DNA of 64,000 nucleotides from Hyalangium minutum (GTDB lineage Bacteria > Myxococcota > Myxococcia > Myxococcales > Myxococcaceae), in the NCBI RefSeq assembly GCF_000737315.1, contig NZ_JMCB01000003.1, positions 89,394 through 153,393 on the forward strand, given 5' to 3'. Below the pieces are notes generated by a model. The model saw nothing but the letters and a program-made list of their open reading frames with translations. It ran no database searches and was not told the origin of the DNA. Positions 37,994 to 50,089 of the stretch are shown piece by piece. A program made the position numbers and the translations under genes. Position 1 is the stretch's first letter, and the number at the start of each line of letters is the position of its first letter.

Positions 37994-40867
37994 TCAGAAG
38001 GATCTCGACAGGCCCAGGCGGACCTCGCGGCCGTACTGAGGCACGCTGGGGCGCTGGTAATCGGGGCTGATGGGCGTCAGCGCCCGCTCGTCGAGCAGGT
38101 TGTACACGCCGCCGTAGTAGCGGAGCTGCCAGGGCTGGAACTGACCGGACATCACCAGGTTCATGTACAGCGACTGGGGAATGCGCCGCCCGCTGAAGTC
38201 GTAGCGGGCGCCGGTGAACACCAGCTCCGCGCCCGCAACCAGTCCCTGTTTCAGGATGGGGAGGCCGAAGCGCGCGGAGATGGCGTGCTCGGCCGAGTTC
38301 ACCAGTTGCTGCTCGGTGGTCTCCTCATTTCCTTCCTCTCGAATCACCTGTCCGGGCTCATCGAGGCGGGTCTGCAGATAGCCGGAGAGGCTCACGAGCT
38401 GTCCCGTGCCCGGGGCGTAGCGCAGCTCGAACTCCGTGCCTCCCAAGCCGAAAGGCCCCGAGGCCGAGTACCGGTAGGGCGGCGTCGAGCCGGGCATGGT
38501 ACGGACGATGTCTCCGTAGGAGTTGAGGAACGCGCCGACGATGATGCTCGTCTCATCGCTCACGGTGTGCGTGTGCTCGAGCGCCAGGCTGAAGTGGCTC
38601 TCCGAGTTCAGCTCCGTGGGCCTGATCCGGTCGAAGGGCCGGAAATCGTACCGGAGCTCGCGCTCGCTGGGGCCTCGCCCGGTGACGCCCGAGGTGAACT
38701 TGAGGCTGCCGCCCTCGTAGGGCTTGCTGACGATGGCCAGCACCGGTGCCAGCTTGAAGACCTGATCGAACGCCCCGCGGGCCCGGAGGCTCTCGCGCAC
38801 GGGGTTGATGCGTGAGCCGAAGTGGAGGAGGAACCACGGCTTGGGCGCCCACTCGTAGCTGCCATAGAGCGTGAACTCGGTGCGCTGGCCAGGGTAGAGG
38901 TCCACCTTGGGGCCGTTGCCCGCTTGGAGTGTTCCGTCCAGGGACAACGACTGCTGGAGCGCTGTGCCCAGGATGATGCGGCTGGTGTTCGAGCGCGCCC
39001 ACTCGAACCGGACCTCTCCCGAGAGGCTCACCCCTTGGCCGGTCTCCGAGCCCTGAGACTCGGGGGCGGCGGTGGATGGCGTGCGCAACGAGTAGTCGCT
39101 CACGTCGAGCGCCACCCGCGACAGCAGGAAGCTGCCCCCGGGGTAGGTGCGGCTGTACTGCAGGGCCGCGAACCCCCGCAGATCCGTGGCCTGGACAGCC
39201 GAGGCTCCCGCCCAAAGGAAGCCGGTGGGGACCTGCTTGGTGCGGTGGATGAGCCCGGAGGTGAGCGCGAAATTCTTGTACCGCCCGAAGGCGAAGACGC
39301 GCTGAGAGGTCTCCAGGTCGGAGAGCAGCGTCTCCGTGGAAGGCAGGGGGAGCGGATCCCCGATCGAGCGCCCAGCTCCCGCCAGCACCACCAGCTCTCG
39401 CTCGCCGCTCTTGGTCGAGGCCATCGACTGGAAGTCCGCGCCGGGCAGGGTGTTGGCGCTCAGGCTGAAGCGCACGTGCACGCCGTCCTCGGGGCGCCGC
39501 GTCACCACGTTGACGAGGCCGAGGAAGGCGGTGGTGCCGAAGACCATGCCCTCGCCGCGCACCACCTCGATGCGCTCCACCTGGGCCATGTCGATGCCCA
39601 GGTCCATTCCGAGCGGGCCGTAGCCGCGGGCAATGTCGTTGAGAGGGTGCCCGTTGAGCAGCACGAGGATGCGTGCGTTGGCGTTCTCCGGCACGCCGAA
39701 GCCGCGCATGCCCGCGGAGTCATAGAGCCGGTCGGTCCACACCTGGAGGCTGCGCACCGAGCGCAGGGCCTCGGCCACCGTGCGGTAGCCGAACAGGCGC
39801 AGCTCCTCGGCGGTGATGATGGTGGTGGATGCGGGCGCGTCCTCGAGGCGGATCTGCCGCTGGGTGGCACCGGCGACCTCCAGCCGCAGCGGCTTGAGCT
39901 TGGCCTCCACGGGGAGCAACTGCCGATCCTTCAGCTCCACCTCGGTGCGGAAGGGCTCGAGGCCCTCTTGGCGAACCTCCACCACGCGTCGTCCGGCATC
40001 GACGCCCTCGATGACGGCGGGGGTGAAGCCCACCTCCCGGTCATCCACCAGCACCACCGCGCCGTCGACGTTGGCCCGAACCACCAGGCTTCCGGTGAGC
40101 CGGGGCGCGGGGGGCTCGGGCACGAGCCGGAGCTCCACGGGGCGCGTCTGGTCCGCCACCACCTCGATATCCTCTAGGTCCGGGAGGAAGCCGGGCGCCA
40201 CCACGCGCAGGAGCATGCGCCCGGGCCGCAGGTTCTTCACCTCTCCGGGGCCTGTCCGCAGCACCTCTCCGGTCTCCTCGAGCCGGATCTCGGCCTGCGG
40301 GGGCACGCCGCGGATGTCGAGCCCGCCCACGATGAGGGCCAGCTCGCCGGTGGCCAGCACCTCGCGCCCGCGTACCACCTCCACCTCGAGCTCGGCCGAG
40401 CGGTAGCCGTCGAGGTCCAGCAGGATGCGGTGGCGGCCAGGCTTGAGCGCCAGTGTCTTCGGGGTGGACCCGAGCGCCCCGAGATCTCGCCGGCCGACGA
40501 AGATGGAGGCACCAGGAGGGGTGGACTCCACGCGGACGAGGGCCAGCCTCGGGCGGAGGTAGGCGAGGGCCTGATCCACGTCCTTGCGCTCATCCTGGGG
40601 GAGGGGCTGCCGGGCGAGCTCGGAGTAGGCGCGGAAGGCCTCGTCGTAGAGCTGCAGCCGGCCCAGCGTGGAGGCGATGTTCAGCTGCACGTTCCGGTTG
40701 GGCACCAGCCGGTTGGACGCGTAGAACTCCTGAAGCGCGTCCTCGAAGCGGCCCTGGCGCTGGAAGGCGAGGCCCCGGCGGAAGTGGAACTCGGCCTCGT
40801 CCGCGACATCCGCACCCTGGGCCGCGCCAGCGATCAGCAGGAGGAGCAGGAGCAGCGCACGGCTCAT
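37994..40867 (-). CDS. TonB-dependent outer-membrane receptor with N-terminal TPR and PEGA-like domains
   Basis: Signal peptide, TPR region, PEGA-like beta-sandwich repeats (STPPGASIFV..., APGF..., VDGAVVLVDD), plug domain (IITAEELRLFGYRTVAEALR), and a barrel ending in an aromatic residue (...SRSF). Confidence 0.75.
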   Translation of the reverse strand: MSRALLLLLLLIAGAAQGADVADEAEFHFRRGLAFQRQGRFEDALQEFYASNRLVPNRNVQLNIASTLGRLQLYDEAFRAYSELARQPLPQDERKDVDQALAYLRPRLALVRVESTPPGASIFVGRRDLGALGSTPKTLALKPGRHRILLDLDGYRSAELEVEVVRGREVLATGELALIVGGLDIRGVPPQAEIRLEETGEVLRTGPGEVKNLRPGRMLLRVVAPGFLPDLEDIEVVADQTRPVELRLVPEPPAPRLTGSLVVRANVDGAVVLVDDREVGFTPAVIEGVDAGRRVVEVRQEGLEPFRTEVELKDRQLLPVEAKLKPLRLEVAGATQRQIRLEDAPASTTIITAEELRLFGYRTVAEALRSVRSLQVWTDRLYDSAGMRGFGVPENANARILVLLNGHPLNDIARGYGPLGMDLGIDMAQVERIEVVRGEGMVFGTTAFLGLVNVVTRRPEDGVHVRFSLSANTLPGADFQSMASTKSGERELVVLAGAGRSIGDPLPLPSTETLLSDLETSQRVFAFGRYKNFALTSGLIHRTKQVPTGFLWAGASAVQATDLRGFAALQYSRTYPGGSFLLSRVALDVSDYSLRTPSTAAPESQGSETGQGVSLSGEVRFEWARSNTSRIILGTALQQSLSLDGTLQAGNGPKVDLYPGQRTEFTLYGSYEWAPKPWFLLHFGSRINPVRESLRARGAFDQVFKLAPVLAIVSKPYEGGSLKFTSGVTGRGPSERELRYDFRPFDRIRPTELNSESHFSLALEHTHTVSDETSIIVGAFLNSYGDIVRTMPGSTPPYRYSASGPFGLGGTEFELRYAPGTGQLVSLSGYLQTRLDEPGQVIREEGNEETTEQQLVNSAEHAISARFGLPILKQGLVAGAELVFTGARYDFSGRRIPQSLYMNLVMSGQFQPWQLRYYGGVYNLLDERALTPISPDYQRPSVPQYGREVRLGLSRSF

Positions 40868-42585
40868 CGCTGGTCCATCGTCTTGCCGAAGGGGGTGCTG
40901 TTCGGGAGGGCGGCCTTGTTCAGCTTGACCTCCCGGGTGGCGCCCTCTTGCGGAACCAACTCGATGTCCTGGCTGGTGTAGCCCTTGAGGGAGAGGCTGA
41001 GCTTCACCGGCTCGTTGGGAGTGAGCGCGAGCTTCATTGGCGTCTCCCCGAGGCTCTGGCCGTCTCGGCGCACGGTGGCACCCAGGGGCTTGCTGGTGAC
41101 AGTGACGGTGACCTTCTTGAGGTTCAACGTGAACCTGAGCTCTGCGGACTCGCCCATCACGTGGGTGTGCTGGATCGACTCCAGGCCAGGGGCTTGGAGG
41201 GTGAGAGCGACGCGCGTGCCCGGCTGGATGGGAAGGGTGAGCGGCGTCTTGCCTTTGAAGTCGCCTCCCACGCGCACCTCGACCTCTGAGGGATGCGAGA
41301 CGATCGTCAGCGTGGGGAGCTCCGCCGCCGCCGCCGGTGGGACGGGAGGCATGGGGACCGGCGGAGAGCCCGGGCGGGCCAGGAAGACAGCGCCGCCCGC
41401 GAGCATGAGAGCGAAGGCCCCGAAGAGCGCGAGTCGGCGCCCCTTGTGAGGGGCGTGCGGAGCGGTAGGAGACGGAGGGGCACTCGGCGCGGGCGCGTCG
41501 CTGGGAGGGAGCGCGCCGCGCTCGGGCGTCAGATAGGTGCGGGTGAGACCGGAAGGCTGAGGGGTCGCACCCGAGGGCGTGCGGACGAAGGTGCTATCGA
41601 GCCCCGTGTTGGGAGTGATCTCGGCACGCACCCGGGAGCGCTCTTTGTAATCGGGATAGGCGGAGCGCAGGAATGCCGCGAGGTGGGCCAGGGAGGAGGG
41701 CTGCTGGTTCTTGAGGAGCCAGTCCTCGAGGGCCAGGGCGAACTGGCTGGAGTTGGCGTAGCGGTCCTCGGGGCGGCGGGCGAGCGCGCGCATCACCACG
41801 GCATCCAGGTCCACCGTGCACGCAGGGTTCAGGGTGGAGGGCGGCGCGATGTTGGCCTCGCGGGCGGCCTTCAGCGTGCCAGGGTCCGAGTCGCGTTGCA
41901 GGGCCCGTTGGCCTGTGAGCAGCTCGTGGAGGACGAGGCCCAGGGAGAAGAGATCGCTGCGGGCATCGAGCGGCTCACCCTCGGCCTGCTCCGGCGACAT
42001 ATAGGCGAACTTGCCCTTGAGCTGGCCTGCGGCGGTGGTGTTGGCGGCGCGTCCTGCGGCCTTGGCGATGCCGAAGTCGATCAGCTTGACGGCGCCCTCG
42101 AAGCTCACGAGGACATTGGAGGGCGAGACGTCGCGGTGGACGATGCCGAGCGGCTGGCCGCTGTCGTCGGTGAGCTCGTGGGCGTAGTGCAGGGCGGAGG
42201 CGGCATCCGCGATGATCCGGCAGGCGAGGGCAGGAGGGAGCCGGGCGCCGCGCTCGGCAAGGTGCTGCTGGAGCGAGCGGAGGTCGACGCCGGGCACATA
42301 CTCCATGGCGAGGTAATGGGTCCCGGCGTGCTCGCCCAGCTCGAAGATCTGGCAGATGTGGGGGTGATTGAGCTGGGCGGCGATCCGAGCCTCGTCGAGG
42401 AACATGGTCATGAAGCCCTGGTCCCGGGACAGGTGGGCCAGGAGCATCTTGACGACGACGAGCTTCTGGAAGCCTTCGGCGCGGTTGCGAGCGAGGTAGA
42501 GCTGTCCCATGCCCCCGGTGGCGAGGGGCTGGAGCAGCTCGTAGTGGCCAAAAGGTTCGCCCATGAAGCGGGGGATTCTAAGCAT
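40864..42585 (-). CDS. Membrane Ser/Thr protein kinase with periplasmic PEGA domains
   Basis: Hanks kinase motifs (VVVKML, HRDVSPSNVL, DFGIA, SPEQ). A TM helix (LALFGAFALMLAGGAVFLA). Two C-terminal PEGA-like domains. Its stop overlaps the start of the downstream TonB-dependent receptor gene by 4 nt. Confidence 0.9.
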   Translation of the reverse strand: MLRIPRFMGEPFGHYELLQPLATGGMGQLYLARNRAEGFQKLVVVKMLLAHLSRDQGFMTMFLDEARIAAQLNHPHICQIFELGEHAGTHYLAMEYVPGVDLRSLQQHLAERGARLPPALACRIIADAASALHYAHELTDDSGQPLGIVHRDVSPSNVLVSFEGAVKLIDFGIAKAAGRAANTTAAGQLKGKFAYMSPEQAEGEPLDARSDLFSLGLVLHELLTGQRALQRDSDPGTLKAAREANIAPPSTLNPACTVDLDAVVMRALARRPEDRYANSSQFALALEDWLLKNQQPSSLAHLAAFLRSAYPDYKERSRVRAEITPNTGLDSTFVRTPSGATPQPSGLTRTYLTPERGALPPSDAPAPSAPPSPTAPHAPHKGRRLALFGAFALMLAGGAVFLARPGSPPVPMPPVPPAAAAELPTLTIVSHPSEVEVRVGGDFKGKTPLTLPIQPGTRVALTLQAPGLESIQHTHVMGESAELRFTLNLKKVTVTVTSKPLGATVRRDGQSLGETPMKLALTPNEPVKLSLSLKGYTSQDIELVPQEGATREVKLNKAALPNSTPFGKTMDQR

Positions 42586-42615
42586 TTCCGGGAATGGGAC
42601 GCACCCTTCGACAGC

Positions 42616-43785
42616 TCAATGCGCGTTGGGCATGGTCTCGAACGGCCAAGGGCGTGCGGCGGCCGAGGGGCCTCTGCCACCCCCTGTGCGCTGGCCCAGC
42701 CAGAGATCCGCGATCTGCTGGGCCAGCCGCCACGGTTCGCCGCCAGCACGGTTCGTCAGGACGATGACCGTGAGGTGCTGCGCGGGATACTTCACGATCG
42801 CGTTGGTGAAGCCCGAGGTCTCACCGTGGTGGGAGAGGCGCATACGGCCCTCGTCGTCATCGATGAACCACCCGAACCCGTAGCGCGCGGAGGAGCCATC
42901 CGGAAGCCGAGCGGGAGCCCAAGCGAGCTGCTGAGTGGTCTCAGGGATCAGCGCGTGCGTGTCCAAGGCCTTGTTCCAAGCCAGCAGCTCCACCACGGAC
43001 GAGTAGATCCCTCCATCGCCGAGAACGGCACTGGTGGGGCTCTGGTCCCGAGGACGGAAGCCCTGGGCTTCGGCGACGTAGCCGTAGGCGCGGTGAGGCA
43101 CCGTCGAGATGCCCTCTTCGTGGGCGACAGTGGAGTGCATGCCGCTGGGAACGAAGACGCGGTCATGCAGGAAGGAGGCGAACGACATCCCGCTGACCTG
43201 CTCGACGATGAGGGCGAGCACGGCGTACCCCGAATTGCTGTAGCGCACAGCGGTTCCGGGCGGGAAGTAGGTGTGGTCCACGCGGGAGAGGAGGGCGAGG
43301 ACATCGCGATCCTTTACCTGCACGGTCTGGGTGCTGGGGACGAAGTCCTCATAGTCCCAGATTCCCGAGGTGTGATTGAGCAGATGTCGGACGCGGACCT
43401 CGCTCAAGTACGCGGGGAAGCCGGGGAGCACATCCACGACACGGTCGTCGTAGCGGAGCTTGCCCTGTTCGACGAGGAGCATGATCGCCATGGCGGTGAA
43501 CTGCTTGGTGAGCGAGGCCAGGCGGTAGTGGGTCTCTGACGTGGTCGGTGTGCGCGACTCCAGCTTCGCCAGACCGTAGGTGCCGCGGAGGACCTCCTGC
43601 CCGTTCTGAATCACGATGAAACTGGCCCCGGGGCTGTCGGGCGAGGCATAGGCGCTGAAGATCGAGTCCACCTCGCGCCGCATGTCATCCTCGGGCGCGG
43701 TGGCACTGAAGGTGGATGCACAGCCAGCGAGCAGGGCACAGAGGGTGAGACTGGATACGGAGGTCGCGAGGGCAGGGGAGTGCAT
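42616..43785 (-). CDS. Serine hydrolase, class C beta-lactamase/PBP family, lipoprotein
   Basis: Lipobox LLAGC. S-x-x-K motif (ASLTKQF), YxN (YSNSGY), and a HTSG-like motif. Confidence 0.85.
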   Translation of the reverse strand: MHSPALATSVSSLTLCALLAGCASTFSATAPEDDMRREVDSIFSAYASPDSPGASFIVIQNGQEVLRGTYGLAKLESRTPTTSETHYRLASLTKQFTAMAIMLLVEQGKLRYDDRVVDVLPGFPAYLSEVRVRHLLNHTSGIWDYEDFVPSTQTVQVKDRDVLALLSRVDHTYFPPGTAVRYSNSGYAVLALIVEQVSGMSFASFLHDRVFVPSGMHSTVAHEEGISTVPHRAYGYVAEAQGFRPRDQSPTSAVLGDGGIYSSVVELLAWNKALDTHALIPETTQQLAWAPARLPDGSSARYGFGWFIDDDEGRMRLSHHGETSGFTNAIVKYPAQHLTVIVLTNRAGGEPWRLAQQIADLWLGQRTGGGRGPSAAARPWPFETMPNAH

Positions 43786-43814
43786 GGGGGCGAAGGGCTA
43801 CCAGCGGAGCCCGG

Positions 43815-44870
43815 TCAGGTCAGCAACTGGCCCACTTGTCCAGCCAGCTCCAGGTCAAAGGGATCGAACTCCAGCGAGCCCATGAGGACGGCCATCTTGG
43901 GGTCTCTCTGTCCGGTGGCGATCTGCAGGAAGTCGTCGTCCTTGCTGCGCACCGTCACCCGAGGCGTGCCGTTCAAGCCTTTCTTGACCCACTGCTTCTG
44001 CGCGCCGAGATCCACGGTCCACTGACCGCCATGGTTGCCACTGATATCCAGATGGACCACCGCCCCAATGCTTCGGGCGAGTTCTCGCTTCGTCTCGATG
44101 CGCCGGGGCAGTTCCCGCTCGATCAGCGTGCGCACGGTGAGCGGCGCCTCCGCTTTGGAGGGGGCTTTGTTCGCGGCCGCCTTCTTTGTGGCCACCTTCT
44201 TCGCGGCCGCCTTCTTGGCTGGGGCGGCTTTCCCTAGCGGCTTCTTCTCCACGCTCTTCTTCGTGGCAGCCTTCTTCGCGGACTTTCGTGGCGCGGCCTT
44301 GGGGGATTCCTCCTCGTCTTCCGCAGGCTCTTCCGAGCCCTGGTCCGCCACGGCTTTGATCTTCTCCTCATTCTGCTTGCGGAACTTGTCGAAGGCGTCT
44401 CTGGAGAAGAGGGAGCTCCCCTCGTCCTTGGCCTTGCGGAACACTTTCTCCAGGTCTTCCTGAGAGGCGTTTGGGTTCTTGAAGTACTCCATGGCCACGC
44501 GGCCCATGGCCCAGTTGGCGGCGAAGGCGGGGACCACCGTGAGCAGGGCTCCGATGATGGGCAACAAGGCCTTGATGCCTTGCCGCGCCAGGAAGCCGAC
44601 GCCGGCGGTGGCGCCCAGCTCGAGGATGAGATCTTTGGCTGAGGCCTTGTCGACCTTCCGGCCATAGATGTGACCGATCGTCATCACCATGCCGGTCTGG
44701 ATGGGCAGCATCAGCACTACATCCGAGAGCGGAATGGGCGAGATGGAGACCACCGCAGAGGCATAGGAGCACAGGTTGATGACATCTCGCGCAGCCTGGT
44801 CCCTCTGCGCCACGGATGCCTTGCTGAAGTCCCGCGTCCGGATGTCATCCAGCGTATCGAGCCACGACAT
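43815..44870 (-). CDS. DUF697-like domain, then a Lys/Ala-rich H1-like linker and an SCP2 sterol-carrier-like domain
   Basis: Internal Met start (MSWLDT) of ORF 43815..45182. N-terminal SISPIPLSDVVLMLPIQTGMVMTIGHIYG (DUF697-like). KA-rich segment (KKAATKKSVEKKPLGKAAPAKKAAAKKVATKKAAANK). C-terminal SCP2-like sequence (VVHLDISGNHGGQWTVDL...). Confidence 0.55.
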   Translation of the reverse strand: MSWLDTLDDIRTRDFSKASVAQRDQAARDVINLCSYASAVVSISPIPLSDVVLMLPIQTGMVMTIGHIYGRKVDKASAKDLILELGATAGVGFLARQGIKALLPIIGALLTVVPAFAANWAMGRVAMEYFKNPNASQEDLEKVFRKAKDEGSSLFSRDAFDKFRKQNEEKIKAVADQGSEEPAEDEEESPKAAPRKSAKKAATKKSVEKKPLGKAAPAKKAAAKKVATKKAAANKAPSKAEAPLTVRTLIERELPRRIETKRELARSIGAVVHLDISGNHGGQWTVDLGAQKQWVKKGLNGTPRVTVRSKDDDFLQIATGQRDPKMAVLMGSLEFDPFDLELAGQVGQLLT

Positions 44871-44944
44871 GATTTCCCCCCTCCCGTGGGCCCAGCATAC
44901 CCGCATCTCGTGCTCGGCAAGGGCCGCGCGCGGTCCAGTGGGGA

Positions 44945-45694
44945 TCAGTCCGTGTAGGCGAAGGCCTTCGGAGGTGTCCCAATCGGAGCCCGGAAGAGCA
45001 GGATCGCCGCGTGCCCGGAGAGGTTGCCCACGGCCAGGTAGATGTCCGGATCCCTGAGGGAGCCCAGCCCCAGCCGTGCCGGGGGCTTGCCGTACTTCTT
45101 CTCCATCTCCGCCATCGAGAGGACCTCGATGTCGTACAGATTCATCAGATCCGTGCGCTTCGTGCGCAGCTGCTTCACCCACGCGGCCACCAGCTCTTCC
45201 GGGGTGTTGTACCGCTTGTCCTCCAACTGGAACGGGTAGGTCAGCTCTCCCGCTGCCCGCCGAGCGTCCCCCGTGATCAGGTTCTCCAGGATGAACCGGG
45301 CCTCGGACTTCACCTGCTCCCGTCTGTAGGTCTCCGCGTCATCCTTCTTCTCCGGGACTGGGGCTGCGGCAGCCGCCGGAGCAGGTGGGGCGGCCTGTGG
45401 CTTTGGCGCGGGAGCAGGCGCGGCCGTTGGAGCCGGTGCTGCGGCCGCCGGAGCAGGCTTCGGCGCAGGAGCAGGCGCCGCCGGAACTGGAGCGGTCGGC
45501 TGGGGCTCGGCCGGAGGTGGTTTGGCCTCAGACGGAGTCGGCTTCGCCTCCGCCGCAGGGGCAGGGGGAGGTGCCTTGGGCTCGGCTGCCTGAACGGCCG
45601 GCGGAGCCTGGGCCGGCTCGGCGGCTGGCTCGGGCGTCTGAGCGAGAGCAGGTGAGGTGAGGGTGACCATCAAGGCCAGGGTCCAGCGACGCAT
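44945..45694 (-). CDS. Secreted protein with a Pro/Ala/Lys-rich low-complexity region and a C-terminal globular domain (hypothetical)
   Basis: Signal peptide (MRRWTLALMVTLTSPALAQ), then about 120 aa of PAPA repeats and a roughly 110-aa conserved-looking C-terminus. Confidence 0.45.
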   Translation of the reverse strand: MRRWTLALMVTLTSPALAQTPEPAAEPAQAPPAVQAAEPKAPPPAPAAEAKPTPSEAKPPPAEPQPTAPVPAAPAPAPKPAPAAAAPAPTAAPAPAPKPQAAPPAPAAAAAPVPEKKDDAETYRREQVKSEARFILENLITGDARRAAGELTYPFQLEDKRYNTPEELVAAWVKQLRTKRTDLMNLYDIEVLSMAEMEKKYGKPPARLGLGSLRDPDIYLAVGNLSGHAAILLFRAPIGTPPKAFAYTD

Positions 45695-45825
45695 GACACC
45701 TCCAAGGGGCCCGGGGGTTTTACCAGAGCCTTGCCCGGTTGGCCCGGTTCCCTCCGGGGGCCTCCAACACCCCGCGTTATTCACCGCGTGCATGTCCGGC
45801 GCGAGGTTGCTATGGGGGCCCCCCG

Positions 45826-49065
<3,240 letters not shown>

Positions 49066-49119
49066 GACGAGGAGCCACTCCCAATGGCACACTCGCGGGA
49101 CATTCTCGGGAGGTGTGCC

Positions 49120-50028
49120 ATGTCGATGTGCGCTCGCGCTGCGCTGCTCTTGGGGCTGATGCTGGCTGCAGCCTGCACCAGCGGCCCCCGGCCGGAGATG
49201 GTCCTGGCCTCGGGCCAGGGGGGACCTTTCGGGCTGACCTCGGATTCGACGTACCTCTACTGGACCAACAGCACCGGTGGGCAGGTGATGCGCATACCGA
49301 AGGAGGGCGGTCCCCCCGTGACGCTCGCCTCTGGCCAGTTCGAGCCTCATGCCATCATCAGCAGCGGGCCCCACATGTTCTGGGCCAATCGGGGTAACCA
49401 GACGATCATGAGAAAGCTGCTGCCGGGCGGTGATCCTGTTGTGGTGGCCACCGGGCAGCCGGATCTGGAGGGGCTGACGCTGACGGAAGACTTCGTCTAC
49501 TGGGCCAGCGGCTCCTCAGTGGTGAGGAAGGCGTCGCTCTCCGACGGGGTTGTCTCCGCGGTGACGGATGTGCCCAGTGGCCCCAAGGATCTCGCCATCA
49601 GCGGCAGCCCGCACATCTACTGGTCCAACGCCGATGGCTCCATCCGCCGCGCGCCGCTGGAGGGCGGGAGGGAAGAGATCGTCGCGAAAGCGGGGCAGAA
49701 CGCCACCAGCCTCGCGCTCAATAGCACGCACGTGTACTGGACCACGTTCTTCGGCGCGATCCACCGCGCCCCCCGGGACGGGGGGACCGTGGAGACGCTC
49801 GCGGAGGGGGAAGACCATCCGCGCTCCATCGCGGTGGTGGACTCCTTCATCTATTGGGCGGCGGGCGGCGAGAAGGACGGGGCGATCCGGCGGATGCGCC
49901 ACTTGGGCCTCGGCAAGCCGGAGACGTTTGCCGCGGAGCAGGGCGAACCGGCGGGAATCGTTATGGATTTGGAGAACATCTACTGGGTGAACCAGGCGAG
50001 CGGCACGGTGGTGCGTGCGCCCTTGTGA
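49120..50028 (+). CDS. Six-bladed beta-propeller lipoprotein (YWTD/DUF5050-like repeats)
   Basis: Lipobox LAAAC. Seven YW(T/S/A)N-type repeats (YWTN, FWAN, YWAS, YWSN, YWTT, YWAA, YWVN). GGGAGG RBS 7 nt upstream of the ATG at 49120. Confidence 0.6.
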   Translation: MSMCARAALLLGLMLAAACTSGPRPEMVLASGQGGPFGLTSDSTYLYWTNSTGGQVMRIPKEGGPPVTLASGQFEPHAIISSGPHMFWANRGNQTIMRKLLPGGDPVVVATGQPDLEGLTLTEDFVYWASGSSVVRKASLSDGVVSAVTDVPSGPKDLAISGSPHIYWSNADGSIRRAPLEGGREEIVAKAGQNATSLALNSTHVYWTTFFGAIHRAPRDGGTVETLAEGEDHPRSIAVVDSFIYWAAGGEKDGAIRRMRHLGLGKPETFAAEQGEPAGIVMDLENIYWVNQASGTVVRAPL

Positions 50029-50089
50029 GCCGGGCGCAACCTTGTCGGTGTCCTGGCGATAATTCCGCATATTCGCGGAGATTGAAAAA

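Noticed and set aside
50040-50070. Weak sigma-54-like TGGCG-N6-CCGC element upstream of the C39-like gene
   Set aside because: The GG/GC spacing fits but the -12 element lacks the TTGC core. Too degenerate to call.
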